Part shown: positions 16,942 to 24,290 of the stretch, piece after piece
How the letters are laid out: the number at the start of each line of letters is the position of its first letter
How positions within the stretch are numbered: the first letter of the stretch is position 1
Source: a virus
Direction: 5' to 3' (one strand)
IMG/VR virus record: IMGVR_UViG_3300022307_000001
Span: 1 to 48,173 of that record
Length of the DNA stretch: 48,173 nt
Program-made: the position numbers and the translations under genes
Notes under the pieces: generated by a model
Told to the model about the DNA's origin: nothing
Seen by the model: the letters and a program-made list of their open reading frames with translations, nothing else
Database searches by the model: none

Positions 16942-19225
16942 ATGGATACCAAACAGTCCCTAAAAGCAGAGTCCTGTAAAGGTTCTCCATCATATCGTCA
17001 CGTTCTTTCTGTGGCTTCTGAGTTTCCTTGTCGTACATCCACCCTTCTATTTCGTCGATTGTCCGTACCATATCATCGAAAATAAAAAGGCTAGGTTCGC
17101 CATTTGGCCCTTCTAAATGCTGGTTTATTTCTATTACGCCGCTTTGTTTATCTTTTGAACCTGTCTGCAATGGTGGAAGTCCGTTATTGGCCAGCACCAT
17201 GTCTATTTTATCGAATGTGGTGTTATCGTTGTTTGAATCGCCTTTTGCAAATGGATCGCAAAAAATAGTGCCAACACGTAAATTAAATTGCCGTACCATT
17301 CTTACGATCTGTTCACCAACCCACACACCATCGCCGTGTTCCCAAACTTCAAAGCATAAATACCGTTCCTGTTTAGGGCTTGTCGCTGTGAATAGAATCG
17401 CCTGCTGTTTTCTCGGATGGATGTCAATACCAATATCAACAATCCAATCAAGCGGGATTTTAAATCTTTTCTTTAGATGCTTCTTCCGGCTAAAGTTCTT
17501 AGCCACCAGCCCGCTCATATAGCTTGGCTTGCCGTTTATACGTGCGTCGATTTCCTCTTCGGTTAATCCTTTTTTAAAATGCTCCAGCCCTTCCGCTGTT
17601 ATACCAAACCCTACATTACTATAGCTGCTGCCGGTTACATTAAAAACAGTCCTGTCAGGTGTGCCGTCTTCGTTCTTTGCTCTTATAACCTCACGGTCAA
17701 CCCACGCCTCTCCTAGAAGAGTCATACAGAACAGCTCACGGCCATTTCTATCAACCAAGCCCCTTGAATTTGCTACTCTAATCTCTCTTTTAGGTGGTTC
17801 GTCGTAAATAATTAAATCACCCCACCATCCTTCATGGAGCTTACTTTCCTGGTTGTTACTCATTATTTCAAGTGTAGAACCTGTCTGCACATCTGTCCAC
17901 ATCGCCTCTACGCCCAAACTATTCTTTTTAACCGCTACTTCCCTGTTCTTAGGCCATAACTCATACATAGCAGGGATAATAACGGTTTTAATATGTTTTT
18001 CCCAATCCTGCCCTACCCACCGTATCTTTCTAGGCTTTGAATGAGTAAAAGGCAATCGCTTGTTATTCCACGGCCATTTGCCAATCATCGTAGAAATACC
18101 TACAACGCCCCCGGTGAATGTATTGTGGTGAACCATCCCAGCTGCACAATAGTTATGATATTTTTCTACTTCAAAGTCGTAAACATCCTTGACTCCTATT
18201 GGTTTTATTGATATAACTTTATTACCATTAGTAGTTAAAATCTTACCAAAAGGAGAAAAGGATGACGAAGAAGACAGAGTTTGTTCTCGATGACATGAAG
18301 TTTTTGATTGAGGAGCGTGAGCTACAACAGTGGCTTGTGGCGAAAATGATGGGGGTGCACACGTCAACTGTGGAAAAGTATTGCAAGACGCATCAGCTAA
18401 AAACCCAGAGAACTGGCCCGAAAGGTGGCGCATTGCATCCAAAATGGAATGGAGGAAAGAAGATACTCGGCGGGTATATGTATATTTATTCCCCCAACCA
18501 TCCGAACAGGACAGGGCAAAAATACGTCGCAGAGCATCGGCTAGTGATGGAAAAAAAGATAGGGAGGCTGCTGACAACAGAAGAGGTTGTCCACCACATA
18601 GATGGCGACACAATGAATAACCACCCGGGGAATCTTGAGTTGTTTGATCGTAATTCTTCGCATATAAGGCATGAGCTTTCAGGTCGTCCACCTCATCCGA
18701 ACCAGCGTCTTGGCAGAGGGCATAAACTGGGCGGTACTCGCCATCGGTGCATAGAATTAAGTGCCCATCAGCCGCCTGAATTGTGGTTCCATCATCCATT
18801 GTGATCTCGTAACATTTGTGAGAGCCTTCTTTCTTAAACGGGACGGAGGCTCTTGCCACCACCTTCCTATTTTTCTGTTCATCCCAAGCTATTACGTCAA
18901 ACTGTTCACCAGCATCATATAACTCCCCCAGCTTAATACTCCTTGTAGGAGTGTCAATCATCGCCTCTCTAGTCAGACATTTACCACCCCTGTTGCCAGA
19001 GGTAAAAGTAACTATCTTGTAATATGGATCTTCCCAAGCAGAAAGAACTTCCGCCTGTAATGGATTTGCTGGCATTAACGGTGTGTTGAAGTGATATATC
19101 TTCTCACTCTCAAATATAGACGCCTTAGCCGATTCAAGCTGCTTTAACTTGTCATCCTCTTTAAGCAACTCACGGCGTATCCTGTCTATCTCCGCTAATT
19201 CTTCCTTTGTTAACTCTTTCCCCAT
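16877..19225 (-). CDS. terL: terminase large subunit, interrupted by a 286-aa intein in the Walker A loop
   Basis: The exteins join to give GNRGGK|TFTGG (Walker A GxxxxGKT). Walker B is DLIIYDEPP. Nuclease-domain acidic motifs are IGIDIHP and DDMMENLYR. GGGGAGAG sits before the ATG. Confidence 0.9.
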   Translation of the reverse strand: MGKELTKEELAEIDRIRRELLKEDDKLKQLESAKASIFESEKIYHFNTPLMPANPLQAEVLSAWEDPYYKIVTFTSGNRGGKCLTREAMIDTPTRSIKLGELYDAGEQFDVIAWDEQKNRKVVARASVPFKKEGSHKCYEITMDDGTTIQAADGHLILCTDGEYRPVYALCQDAGSDEVDDLKAHALYAKNYDQTTQDSPGGYSLCRHLCGGQPLLLSAASLSFFPSLADALRRIFALSCSDGWGNKYTYTRRVSSFLHSILDAMRHLSGQFSGFLADASCNTFPQLTCAPPSFSPQATVVAHAPQSKTSCHREQTLSSSSSFSPFGKILTTNGNKVISIKPIGVKDVYDFEVEKYHNYCAAGMVHHNTFTGGVVGISTMIGKWPWNNKRLPFTHSKPRKIRWVGQDWEKHIKTVIIPAMYELWPKNREVAVKKNSLGVEAMWTDVQTGSTLEIMSNNQESKLHEGWWGDLIIYDEPPKREIRVANSRGLVDRNGRELFCMTLLGEAWVDREVIRAKNEDGTPDRTVFNVTGSSYSNVGFGITAEGLEHFKKGLTEEEIDARINGKPSYMSGLVAKNFSRKKHLKKRFKIPLDWIVDIGIDIHPRKQQAILFTATSPKQERYLCFEVWEHGDGVWVGEQIVRMVRQFNLRVGTIFCDPFAKGDSNNDNTTFDKIDMVLANNGLPPLQTGSKDKQSGVIEINQHLEGPNGEPSLFIFDDMVRTIDEIEGWMYDKETQKPQKERDDMMENLYRTLLLGTVWYPYEDEDDEEDNHKSTANQWTGY
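18189..18217 (+). promoter_or_regulatory. sigma70-like promoter for the antisense HNH gene
   Basis: TTGACT (18189-18194), 17-nt spacer, TATAAC (18212-18217), about 45 nt upstream of the ATG at 18262. AAGGAG RBS at 18249-18254. Confidence 0.55.
18262..18804 (+). CDS. HNH homing endonuclease, encoded antisense within the TerL intein
   Basis: Core is GYMYIYSPNHPNRTGQKYVAEHRLVMEKKIGRLLTTEEVVHHIDGDTMNNHPGNLELF, preceded by an HTH-like N-terminus (QQWLVAKMMGVHTSTVEKYCK). It has its own RBS and promoter. The last roughly 35 codons look like run-on antisense of the intein block B region. Confidence 0.8.
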   Translation: MTKKTEFVLDDMKFLIEERELQQWLVAKMMGVHTSTVEKYCKTHQLKTQRTGPKGGALHPKWNGGKKILGGYMYIYSPNHPNRTGQKYVAEHRLVMEKKIGRLLTTEEVVHHIDGDTMNNHPGNLELFDRNSSHIRHELSGRPPHPNQRLGRGHKLGGTRHRCIELSAHQPPELWFHHPL

Positions 19226-19477
19226 CTCTCCCCTTTTTCATCAACTCTTCGTAAGGATCGCTCTTAAAAGGCCAGTCCCTTACTTTACCGTTGTGAACCT
19301 CGTAATTCCCTTTGCGATTATTTAATTTCATTCCCACATATACCTGTAGTCTCTGTACCTCTTTGCGCTCTGCTTATATTTTTGCAGGCTTACTATCACA
19401 AAGACCCCTTTTAGTGATTTTTAACCCCAGAGAGGCTTTATCCCCATACTAGGCCCCGGTGGGGGGGGGTGTAGGGG

Positions 19478-19936
19478 TCATTCATCCACACTACCCGTTA
19501 GCTCGTCCAACCGTGCAGCAAGCTCCATCCTGCGCTGTCGTGCCTGGTCGATTGCGTCTGACACGTCTGCAAGCTGGATGTTCTCCGTTGCTTGGCCTGA
19601 TTCAAGTAGCCGCATCTTGTTTACTTGGGCTAGTGCGTAGGCTGTATTGTTGAGGCTTGCCTTTTCTCTTTTCTCTTGATTCGCTAGGTCACAGACAAGA
19701 GCAAATTCTACATTGTTCAGAATCTCAGCTCTATTATCGGCATACGCCAGCGATAACTGGTCATTCTCTACTAAGTTGAGAAGTGGCTTAAGTGCTTCAT
19801 ATAGTGTGGTTTTTGGTACATTGAGAGAATCGGCAATTTGTTTATATGAGAGTTTATTCTTTATCCTCATATTAAACGCCTTGGCTAGCGGTATGTCAGT
19901 ATTAGTAAGGCTAATATCGTTCGGCGCTGTGTTCAT
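19478..19936 (-). CDS. terS: terminase small subunit
   Basis: 152 aa upstream of terL. HTH is LSYKQIADSLNVPKTTLYEAL. C-terminal coiled coil. Confidence 0.7.
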   Translation of the reverse strand: MNTAPNDISLTNTDIPLAKAFNMRIKNKLSYKQIADSLNVPKTTLYEALKPLLNLVENDQLSLAYADNRAEILNNVEFALVCDLANQEKREKASLNNTAYALAQVNKMRLLESGQATENIQLADVSDAIDQARQRRMELAARLDELTGSVDE

Positions 19937-20409
19937 CTTATATATCTCTTTCTGACTATTTCTTTACGCTCCCACAACATTTGCAGTATTTCCATATAGT
20001 CATTTGTTTTAAGTCTTGTTACAGCGATGCCTTTTCTCCCTAGCCATCTGATCATTTTATCATCTGGTATCTTCTTGTGTATATTGAGGACCATTTGATG
20101 ATCCGGCAAGTAGAAGTCTGCCACCATACTATGTGAGTAATAAACGAACAATCTATCTCTCTTGTTGTTTATTTTGGCCCTTGCTAGTAGCTCGCTTATC
20201 CTGCGTGCTTTATTCCCAGGCTTTTTAAACTTGGTAGGCATATTGAATTGGGTTTGAGCCTTGGGGCGCATAACTGGTATTGTCCTAGCTTTATTGTATA
20301 TTCCACTATGTAAACTGGTGTTAGGCTCTTTTAAACTGATGTCTCTCCTGTTGCTTGAGACTTCGTTTTTGTTGCCGGTCAATGTGGTTTGACCTTCCCT
20401 GCGACCCAA
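19933..20409 (-). CDS. hypothetical basic protein (first ORF of the late operon)
   Basis: The maximal ORF starts with TTG, so an internal ATG (MRPKAQ or MPTKFKK) is more likely. ADFYLPDHQMVLNIH...WLGRKGIAVTRL faintly resembles DUF559/Vsr-like endonuclease folds. ATGA overlap with terS. Confidence 0.5.
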   Translation of the reverse strand: MGRREGQTTLTGNKNEVSSNRRDISLKEPNTSLHSGIYNKARTIPVMRPKAQTQFNMPTKFKKPGNKARRISELLARAKINNKRDRLFVYYSHSMVADFYLPDHQMVLNIHKKIPDDKMIRWLGRKGIAVTRLKTNDYMEILQMLWERKEIVRKRYIR

Positions 20410-20426
20410 GGATAAATGCCGCCCTT

Positions 20427-20454
20427 CCCTAACATATTATTCCCCTAACATATT
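20427..20454. promoter_or_regulatory. two direct copies of CCCTAACATATT, 16 bp apart, upstream of the late operon
   Basis: Exact 12-mers at 20427-20438 and 20443-20454 in the divergent intergenic region. No good sigma70 promoter faces the late genes. Confidence 0.4.
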
Positions 20455-20548
20455 TAACACAAAAAGTCAATTACTATCATTATCTGGTTATAATTGCGTC
20501 ATTATTAACACCACATCATTATTTGTATAAAAGTATTGCATTTTATTG

Positions 20549-20577
20549 TTGACATTGCTTTGGTGCGGTGATATTGT
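20549..20577 (+). promoter_or_regulatory. sigma70-like early promoter (rightward)
   Basis: TTGACA, 17-nt spacer, TATTGT. AGGAGG RBS before the ATG at 20625. Confidence 0.65.
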
Positions 20578-20624
20578 GTATCTAAAGAGCAACACATTTA
20601 TTAATTAAACAGGAGGGTATAACA

Positions 20625-20933
20625 ATGAAACCAAGAACAATAAAATTCATCTGCACCGCTGTAAAATGGTTTGATAGAGTAAACGGTAACACCTACCACT
20701 CAGTAAGGATTGAACGTGTCAGAGACGGCAAGGTAATTGCCCAGGGCATGACATACGGTTACGGTGAGCATTACAGGCAAACAGCACTCAAGCTAATGTC
20801 AGAAAACAAATGGCTGCCGGTTAAATATCGTGGCAAAGAAAGAATAAACTATTGCCGTGAGAATAACTATCCTATTCACTGGGAAGTTACAACCGGACTT
20901 AAAAGAGATATGGTTAATAACGCAATTATTTAA
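20625..20933 (+). CDS. hypothetical early protein
   Basis: 102 aa with a strong RBS. The KWFDRVNGNTYHSVRI motif recurs in phage proteins of unknown function (from memory only). Confidence 0.65.
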   Translation: MKPRTIKFICTAVKWFDRVNGNTYHSVRIERVRDGKVIAQGMTYGYGEHYRQTALKLMSENKWLPVKYRGKERINYCRENNYPIHWEVTTGLKRDMVNNAII

Positions 20934-20945
20934 AGGAGACAAACT

Positions 20946-21209
20946 ATGAGCGCTTTCGAAATAGGTGACAAAGTAATTGTCAAGACTTGCGGTGGGGAAT
21001 TTAGAGGAATCTTGCGCAACAAGGTCTATGATTTATGGTCTGATGATTTTATTTATCAAGTTTCCGGTGACGATATAATAACTAACACCCGTGAAGTGTT
21101 CCCGGACATCGGGCAAAGGTTATCAAAGGGGCCGACTTGCGACACCTGCAAGACCTCTAAAGATTGCGCTTTCTCTTCTGCAAAAAAGGAGTTTACCGAT
21201 GACCATTAA
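20946..21209 (+). CDS. hypothetical early protein
   Basis: 87-aa ORF with AGGAGACAAACT before the ATG. Confidence 0.6.
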   Translation: MSAFEIGDKVIVKTCGGEFRGILRNKVYDLWSDDFIYQVSGDDIITNTREVFPDIGQRLSKGPTCDTCKTSKDCAFSSAKKEFTDDH

Positions 21210-21393
21210 CGGAAAGACAGTAACACGCCAGGACAAACCACCGCTTCTTTTCTCCCTCTGCTGCACCTGTGGGAAGATCAAAAGTATTCCCATATCAGAT
21301 AAATATATGCTCTCACATGGTTATTGTTTGCCATGCTTTGATAAAATAGAATACCCAAGGAGGTCGCACAGTGAAAATACTATTAACCAATAA
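21199..21393 (+). CDS. small zinc-ribbon protein
   Basis: ATG at 21199 after AAAAAGGAG. CCTCG...CLPC Cys pairs. The longer track ORF 21091.. overlaps the previous gene out of frame. Confidence 0.55.
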   Translation: MTINGKTVTRQDKPPLLFSLCCTCGKIKSIPISDKYMLSHGYCLPCFDKIEYPRRSHSENTINQ

Positions 21394-21613
21394 GTTTCAC
21401 AACACGACAATGTGGACTAGAGTAGAACCTCACCTTGAAGGAGCAGCCGAGCGTGGGGAGTATCTTGACGAACTAGCTTATTATTTTAACAATCCTGGAT
21501 GCGATGAAACAAAAAAAGAAAGGCGCATCTTTAGGAATTTATGCCCACACAAGCTACGGAGTTGTGATTGTTCTTCTATGGTAACTTATGGAATAATGGA
21601 GGAAGTAAAATGA
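21371..21613 (+). CDS. hypothetical early protein
   Basis: 80 aa, GTG start after AGGAGG. Confidence 0.5.
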   Translation: MKILLTNKFHNTTMWTRVEPHLEGAAERGEYLDELAYYFNNPGCDETKKERRIFRNLCPHKLRSCDCSSMVTYGIMEEVK

Positions 21614-21762
21614 ATAAATTTAAGTTTGTTTGTACTGCTTGCCAGGAAACCGGCGAAGACTCAGGGCCATGTATACTTGAAGTACGGATAAAGGAGAAGA
21701 GTTGCCGCCCGCCTATGGGATGTCCTTATGGGCCACGTGTGTGTGATTGGAGGCCGGAATAA
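21610..21762 (+). CDS. small Cys-rich protein
   Basis: ATGA overlap with the previous stop. GGAGGAAG RBS. CTAC...C...C...C pattern. Confidence 0.5.
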   Translation: MNKFKFVCTACQETGEDSGPCILEVRIKEKSCRPPMGCPYGPRVCDWRPE

Positions 21763-21820
21763 ACGTCTCTCTTTGGCAACTGTACGATTAATTTTTCAGA
21801 CATATAGCGAGGTAGACAAA

Positions 21821-21970
21821 ATGGGAAGGACAGCATATAAACCAGGCAAGAAAAAGGAGACAACATCTATACGGCTGTCTCCAATACTAATACGGATCAT
21901 GGAAGAAGAAAAGGTTAACCGGAGCCAGCTTATAGAAAAGCTGTTAAGGATTCACTACGGTATTATTTAG
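21821..21970 (+). CDS. ribbon-helix-helix (CopG/Arc-like) DNA-binding protein
   Basis: 49 aa. TSIRLSPILIRIMEEEKVNRSQLIEKLL fits the RHH beta-alpha-alpha pattern. Last gene before the terminator. Confidence 0.55.
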   Translation: MGRTAYKPGKKKETTSIRLSPILIRIMEEEKVNRSQLIEKLLRIHYGII

Positions 21971-22007
21971 CCTTCTTTGTCTTCTTGGCGTAGGTCTTAG
22001 ATTTAAT

Positions 22008-22047
22008 CGGCACTCCCTTGATTACCTTGGGAGTTGCCGGTTTTTTT
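22008..22047 (+). terminator. rho-independent terminator of the short early operon
   Basis: CGGCACTCCC / GGGAGTTGCCG stem (one bulge) followed by TTTTTTT at 22041-22047. Confidence 0.65.
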
Positions 22048-22189
22048 ATTGATTTCTTTGTATGTTTCATAATAGTTGGGCCTCACCTTTTGCCGTTCTC
22101 TGTGAAGTTATTTCAGTTAGTTTTAGCGGACTTGGATTATTGGCCCATTGCACTTCCATACTATATTCTGCTTACTTTGTCAACTAATA

Positions 22190-22480
22190 TTATACAGCAG
22201 ACACCCTCTTGAACCTATCCAGCAGCAAATTTAAAACTCTTGCAAATCCCTTGCGCCACTCAATTACTTGTCCATTTTCAACGACGGTGTATGAATCTAT
22301 TCTCCCGGAATCATATAATTCAAGCACCACCTTTCTATAGCCATAATCGAAGTCCTCCACGACTATCCTTCGTCTATACTCTGGCACTTTAATCGGGTAG
22401 TCGGGCTCAGGGTGTTCAAGCCGTATTCTTTCCTTTGCCGCAAGCATCCTTTCAGATATTTGTTTTGTGAAATGGGTCAT
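22190..22480 (-). CDS. hypothetical protein (last gene of the leftward early operon)
   Basis: 96-aa ORF. Confidence 0.6.
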   Translation of the reverse strand: MTHFTKQISERMLAAKERIRLEHPEPDYPIKVPEYRRRIVVEDFDYGYRKVVLELYDSGRIDSYTVVENGQVIEWRKGFARVLNLLLDRFKRVSAV

Positions 22481-22509
22481 AAAGCGTCTACGCTCCGTAT
22501 ATTCCTATG

Positions 22510-22716
22510 TTATGCTGCGTCCCATGCGGCAACAGCAAGGTCTTTCTCTTTGCCTTCATAAAGTATTTTATCGCCGTGAATCACCCTAAATACTCCGACA
22601 GGGTTAAGCCATAAGCGTAGTAGCCTCCCCCGAAAATTTTGGGATGCGAAAAGGTTCCATTGCTCCGCCATCCATGTGTCCAACACTTCTATATCTATTT
22701 CTAATTTATTACGCAT
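22510..22716 (-). CDS. hypothetical protein
   Basis: The ATG at 22716 lies inside the conserved GGATGATTGGTTATG element end. Confidence 0.55.
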   Translation of the reverse strand: MRNKLEIDIEVLDTWMAEQWNLFASQNFRGRLLRLWLNPVGVFRVIHGDKILYEGKEKDLAVAAWDAA

Positions 22717-22795
22717 AACCAATCATCCAGCGGACCCGGTAATCTTATGCGGCATTCGGCTGGTCCAGTAGCCGGGGCCGCTGATTAGGGTGTTA
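22717..22795 (-). repeat. stop-to-start intergenic palindromic element, copy d
   Basis: Minus strand reads TAACACCCTAATCA-GCGGCCCCGG...CCGGGTCCGC-TGGATGATTGGTTATG. The closing stem is CAGCGG/CCGCTG. Confidence 0.7.
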
Positions 22796-23125
22796 TGTAT
22801 TAAATATTTTATCCTCTTCGGCACACGCCAAGCTTGACACTTCACATAGTAGTTGCTGGGCAAATTCACACTTTTTATTCATCTCAATGGTCATACCGGG
22901 ATGTTCAATCAGAAAATCATCTATCATGCTGCATATTATATGGCTACGATCAATAATTTCATGAAAGTGACCACTGTTAAGATTTTCTCCATCGTCAAGT
23001 ACATAACCAGGCAATTCACGCTGAACACAAGGGCCTGTGCTTTTAAGACAGTTTGGTTCAGGGTTTACAACTTTATCGTTTTCAATTTTTACCATACTAG
23101 TTCTCCTTGTGTCAGGTGATCGCAA
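22793..23125 (-). CDS. hypothetical protein
   Basis: 110-aa ORF. Confidence 0.55.
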   Translation of the reverse strand: MRSPDTRRTSMVKIENDKVVNPEPNCLKSTGPCVQRELPGYVLDDGENLNSGHFHEIIDRSHIICSMIDDFLIEHPGMTIEMNKKCEFAQQLLCEVSSLACAEEDKIFNT

Positions 23126-23134
23126 CGTTATATT

Positions 23135-23320
23135 TCAAAGTAAGTTGAACAGCTCAACCATAATTGGGTATTTCTTTTTCAATACTGTTGGTGAGTACAT
23201 TCCTTTACTTGTTTCCATATCAAGTTCTATAAATGCTCTTTCAAGCTCATATTTTAATTGCTCGGCATTTGTGCCGGTTAATAGAATCTGTCTTGTTTTC
23301 TTCGGGCTTATTTCTATCAT
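23135..23320 (-). CDS. hypothetical protein
   Basis: 61-aa ORF. Confidence 0.5.
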   Translation of the reverse strand: MIEISPKKTRQILLTGTNAEQLKYELERAFIELDMETSKGMYSPTVLKKKYPIMVELFNLL

Positions 23321-23404
23321 GTATTATAACCATTTATCCACTTGACCGCATGGAGTTTGCCGCTTCCCCCGGTCTTAGGTGGGCGGCAAGTGATTTCGGT
23401 GTTA
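23321..23404 (-). repeat. stop-to-start intergenic palindromic element, copy a
   Basis: 23338-23395 matches 30652-30709 at 55 of 58 positions. Closing stem is CACTTG/CAAGTG. Ends are TTATAAC / GTTATAA. Confidence 0.75.
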
Positions 23405-23641
23405 TAATTCTTCGCTAGTGAGGTACGTTAAAGCTACTCTTTGTATTGGATTTTTCGGCATTAATTTAACTGTATAGCCACATTCACAGTTTTCCGCGTC
23501 TGCATTTATGTCTCTCGCTATCTCTGGCGGCACACTATCCATGTCATAGTCTATAAGTTCACACTTTCCAGCCTTTGATTGAAATTCTACCTTGGCCCCA
23601 CATTTAGGGCAATCTGCCCACACTCTATCAAACATTCCCAT
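23402..23641 (-). CDS. zinc-ribbon protein
   Basis: Start at 23641 (MGMFDRVW) after GGGAGGAAG. CPKCG...CECG. The upstream part of the track ORF is actually a repeat element. Confidence 0.55.
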   Translation of the reverse strand: MGMFDRVWADCPKCGAKVEFQSKAGKCELIDYDMDSVPPEIARDINADAENCECGYTVKLMPKNPIQRVALTYLTSEEL

Positions 23642-23747
23642 AACTTCCTCCCGTATGGAATTATAACCAAAAAAATTCACCAGACAGCGAGGACGCTTCC
23701 GGCATTTCCTGCACCAGCATAGGCGCTGCTGGTGATTGTCGGTGTTA
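23642..23747 (-). repeat. stop-to-start intergenic palindromic element, copy j
   Basis: GCATAACACCGACAATCACCAGCA...TGCTGGTG...CGCTGTCTGGTGAATTTTTTTGGTTATAA. Its 3' 26 nt are shared with copy i. Confidence 0.7.
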
Positions 23748-23969
23748 TGCTTCACCTGGTAATTTTGTTCTGTGGTATAAATTAGACATCCCTTCGGCCT
23801 GGCGTTTCGCTATTTCTTCGTTGCTCATCGCCCTCATTCCTGGTAAAGATTTACGTTGCATTTCTGCAATTTCTTCATCCGACATTGCTCTCATTGATTC
23901 ATTTTGAATTCTTATTATTTCCATTCTTCTTTCTTCATCCATAATTAGCCTCCAAAGCATAACAATCAA
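23745..23969 (-). CDS. hypothetical protein with an internal duplication
   Basis: 74 aa. MRAMSDEEIAEMQRK / MRAMSNEEIAKRQAE repeat. Confidence 0.5.
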   Translation of the reverse strand: MIVMLWRLIMDEERRMEIIRIQNESMRAMSDEEIAEMQRKSLPGMRAMSNEEIAKRQAEGMSNLYHRTKLPGEA

Positions 23970-24053
23970 ATTCAGTGGATGCCGAGAACGGTGGCGGCGC
24001 TACGCGGGTAATTCGGTAGCGGCACCACTGATTATCGGCGTTAGGTGGTGCTA
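23970..24053 (-). repeat. stop-to-start intergenic palindromic element, copy e
   Basis: TAGCACCACCTAACGCCGATAATCAGTGG...CCACTGAATTTGATTGTTATG. Closing stem is CAGTGG/CCACTG. Confidence 0.65.
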
Positions 24054-24209
24054 ATCTTCTTCAACGATTCTGGTATAATATTCTTCATGGTTAAGATTCA
24101 TGTTAGCCCCATCGTCGACTCTCCCGGCTTGCCTTTCCGGCATTGGCCCCATTCTTTTAACCACTTCCTCAGGTTCACCATATTTGACTATTTCGACGTA
24201 ATATTTCAT
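24051..24209 (-). CDS. hypothetical 52-aa protein (below the ORF-track cutoff)
   Basis: Hand translation gives MKYYVEIVKYGEPEEVVKRMGPMPERQAGRVDDGANMNLNHEEYYTRIVEED*. It fills the gap between two repeat elements. The antisense 60-aa track ORF looks spurious. Confidence 0.45.
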   Translation of the reverse strand: MKYYVEIVKYGEPEEVVKRMGPMPERQAGRVDDGANMNLNHEEYYTRIVEED

Positions 24210-24290
24210 AACAATCACTCAAACTGACCGCAAGATCGTCTCCGGCCCTACGGGGTCAGGTTCATAGGGCGGCAACTTAGTTTAGCGTTA
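24210..24290 (-). repeat. stop-to-start intergenic palindromic element, copy f
   Basis: GCATAACGCTAAACTAAGTTGCCGCCC...GCGGTCAGTTTGAGTGATTGTTATG. Confidence 0.6.

Larger units (their letters stand above)
18122..18979 (-). mobile_element. intein (Cys83 to Asn368 of TerL) with N- and C-terminal Hint splicing blocks
   Basis: It starts with CLTREAMIDT (block A). DGHLILC matches block B. VYDFEVEKYHNYCAAG matches block F. It ends MVHHN followed by Thr (+1 nucleophile). I verified the codons at 18977-18979 (tgt) and 18119-18124 (aat aca). Confidence 0.85.

Noticed and set aside
18330-18620. Second + strand ORF (96 aa) inside the intein region
   Set aside because: It is an alternative frame of the HNH gene, Arg/Glu-rich with no motif and no RBS. 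The HNH frame explains the region.
19170-19331. 53-aa minus-strand ORF (MKLNNRKGNYEVHNG...) in the terS-terL spacer
   Set aside because: It has a weak RBS and would overlap the terL start by 56 nt out of frame. It cannot be supported without homologues.
19455-19477. G-quadruplex at the G9 tract
   Set aside because: Only three usable G3 runs lie within normal loop limits, so a canonical four-run G4 cannot form.
21964-22076. 35-aa highly basic minus-strand ORF (MKHTKKSIKKPATPKVIKGVPIKSKTYAKKTKKAK) overlapping the early terminator
   Set aside because: The hairpin of the + strand terminator accounts for the sequence. The ORF is short and low-complexity, and its TTGACA-17-TATGGA promoter is weak. 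Possible but unsupported.
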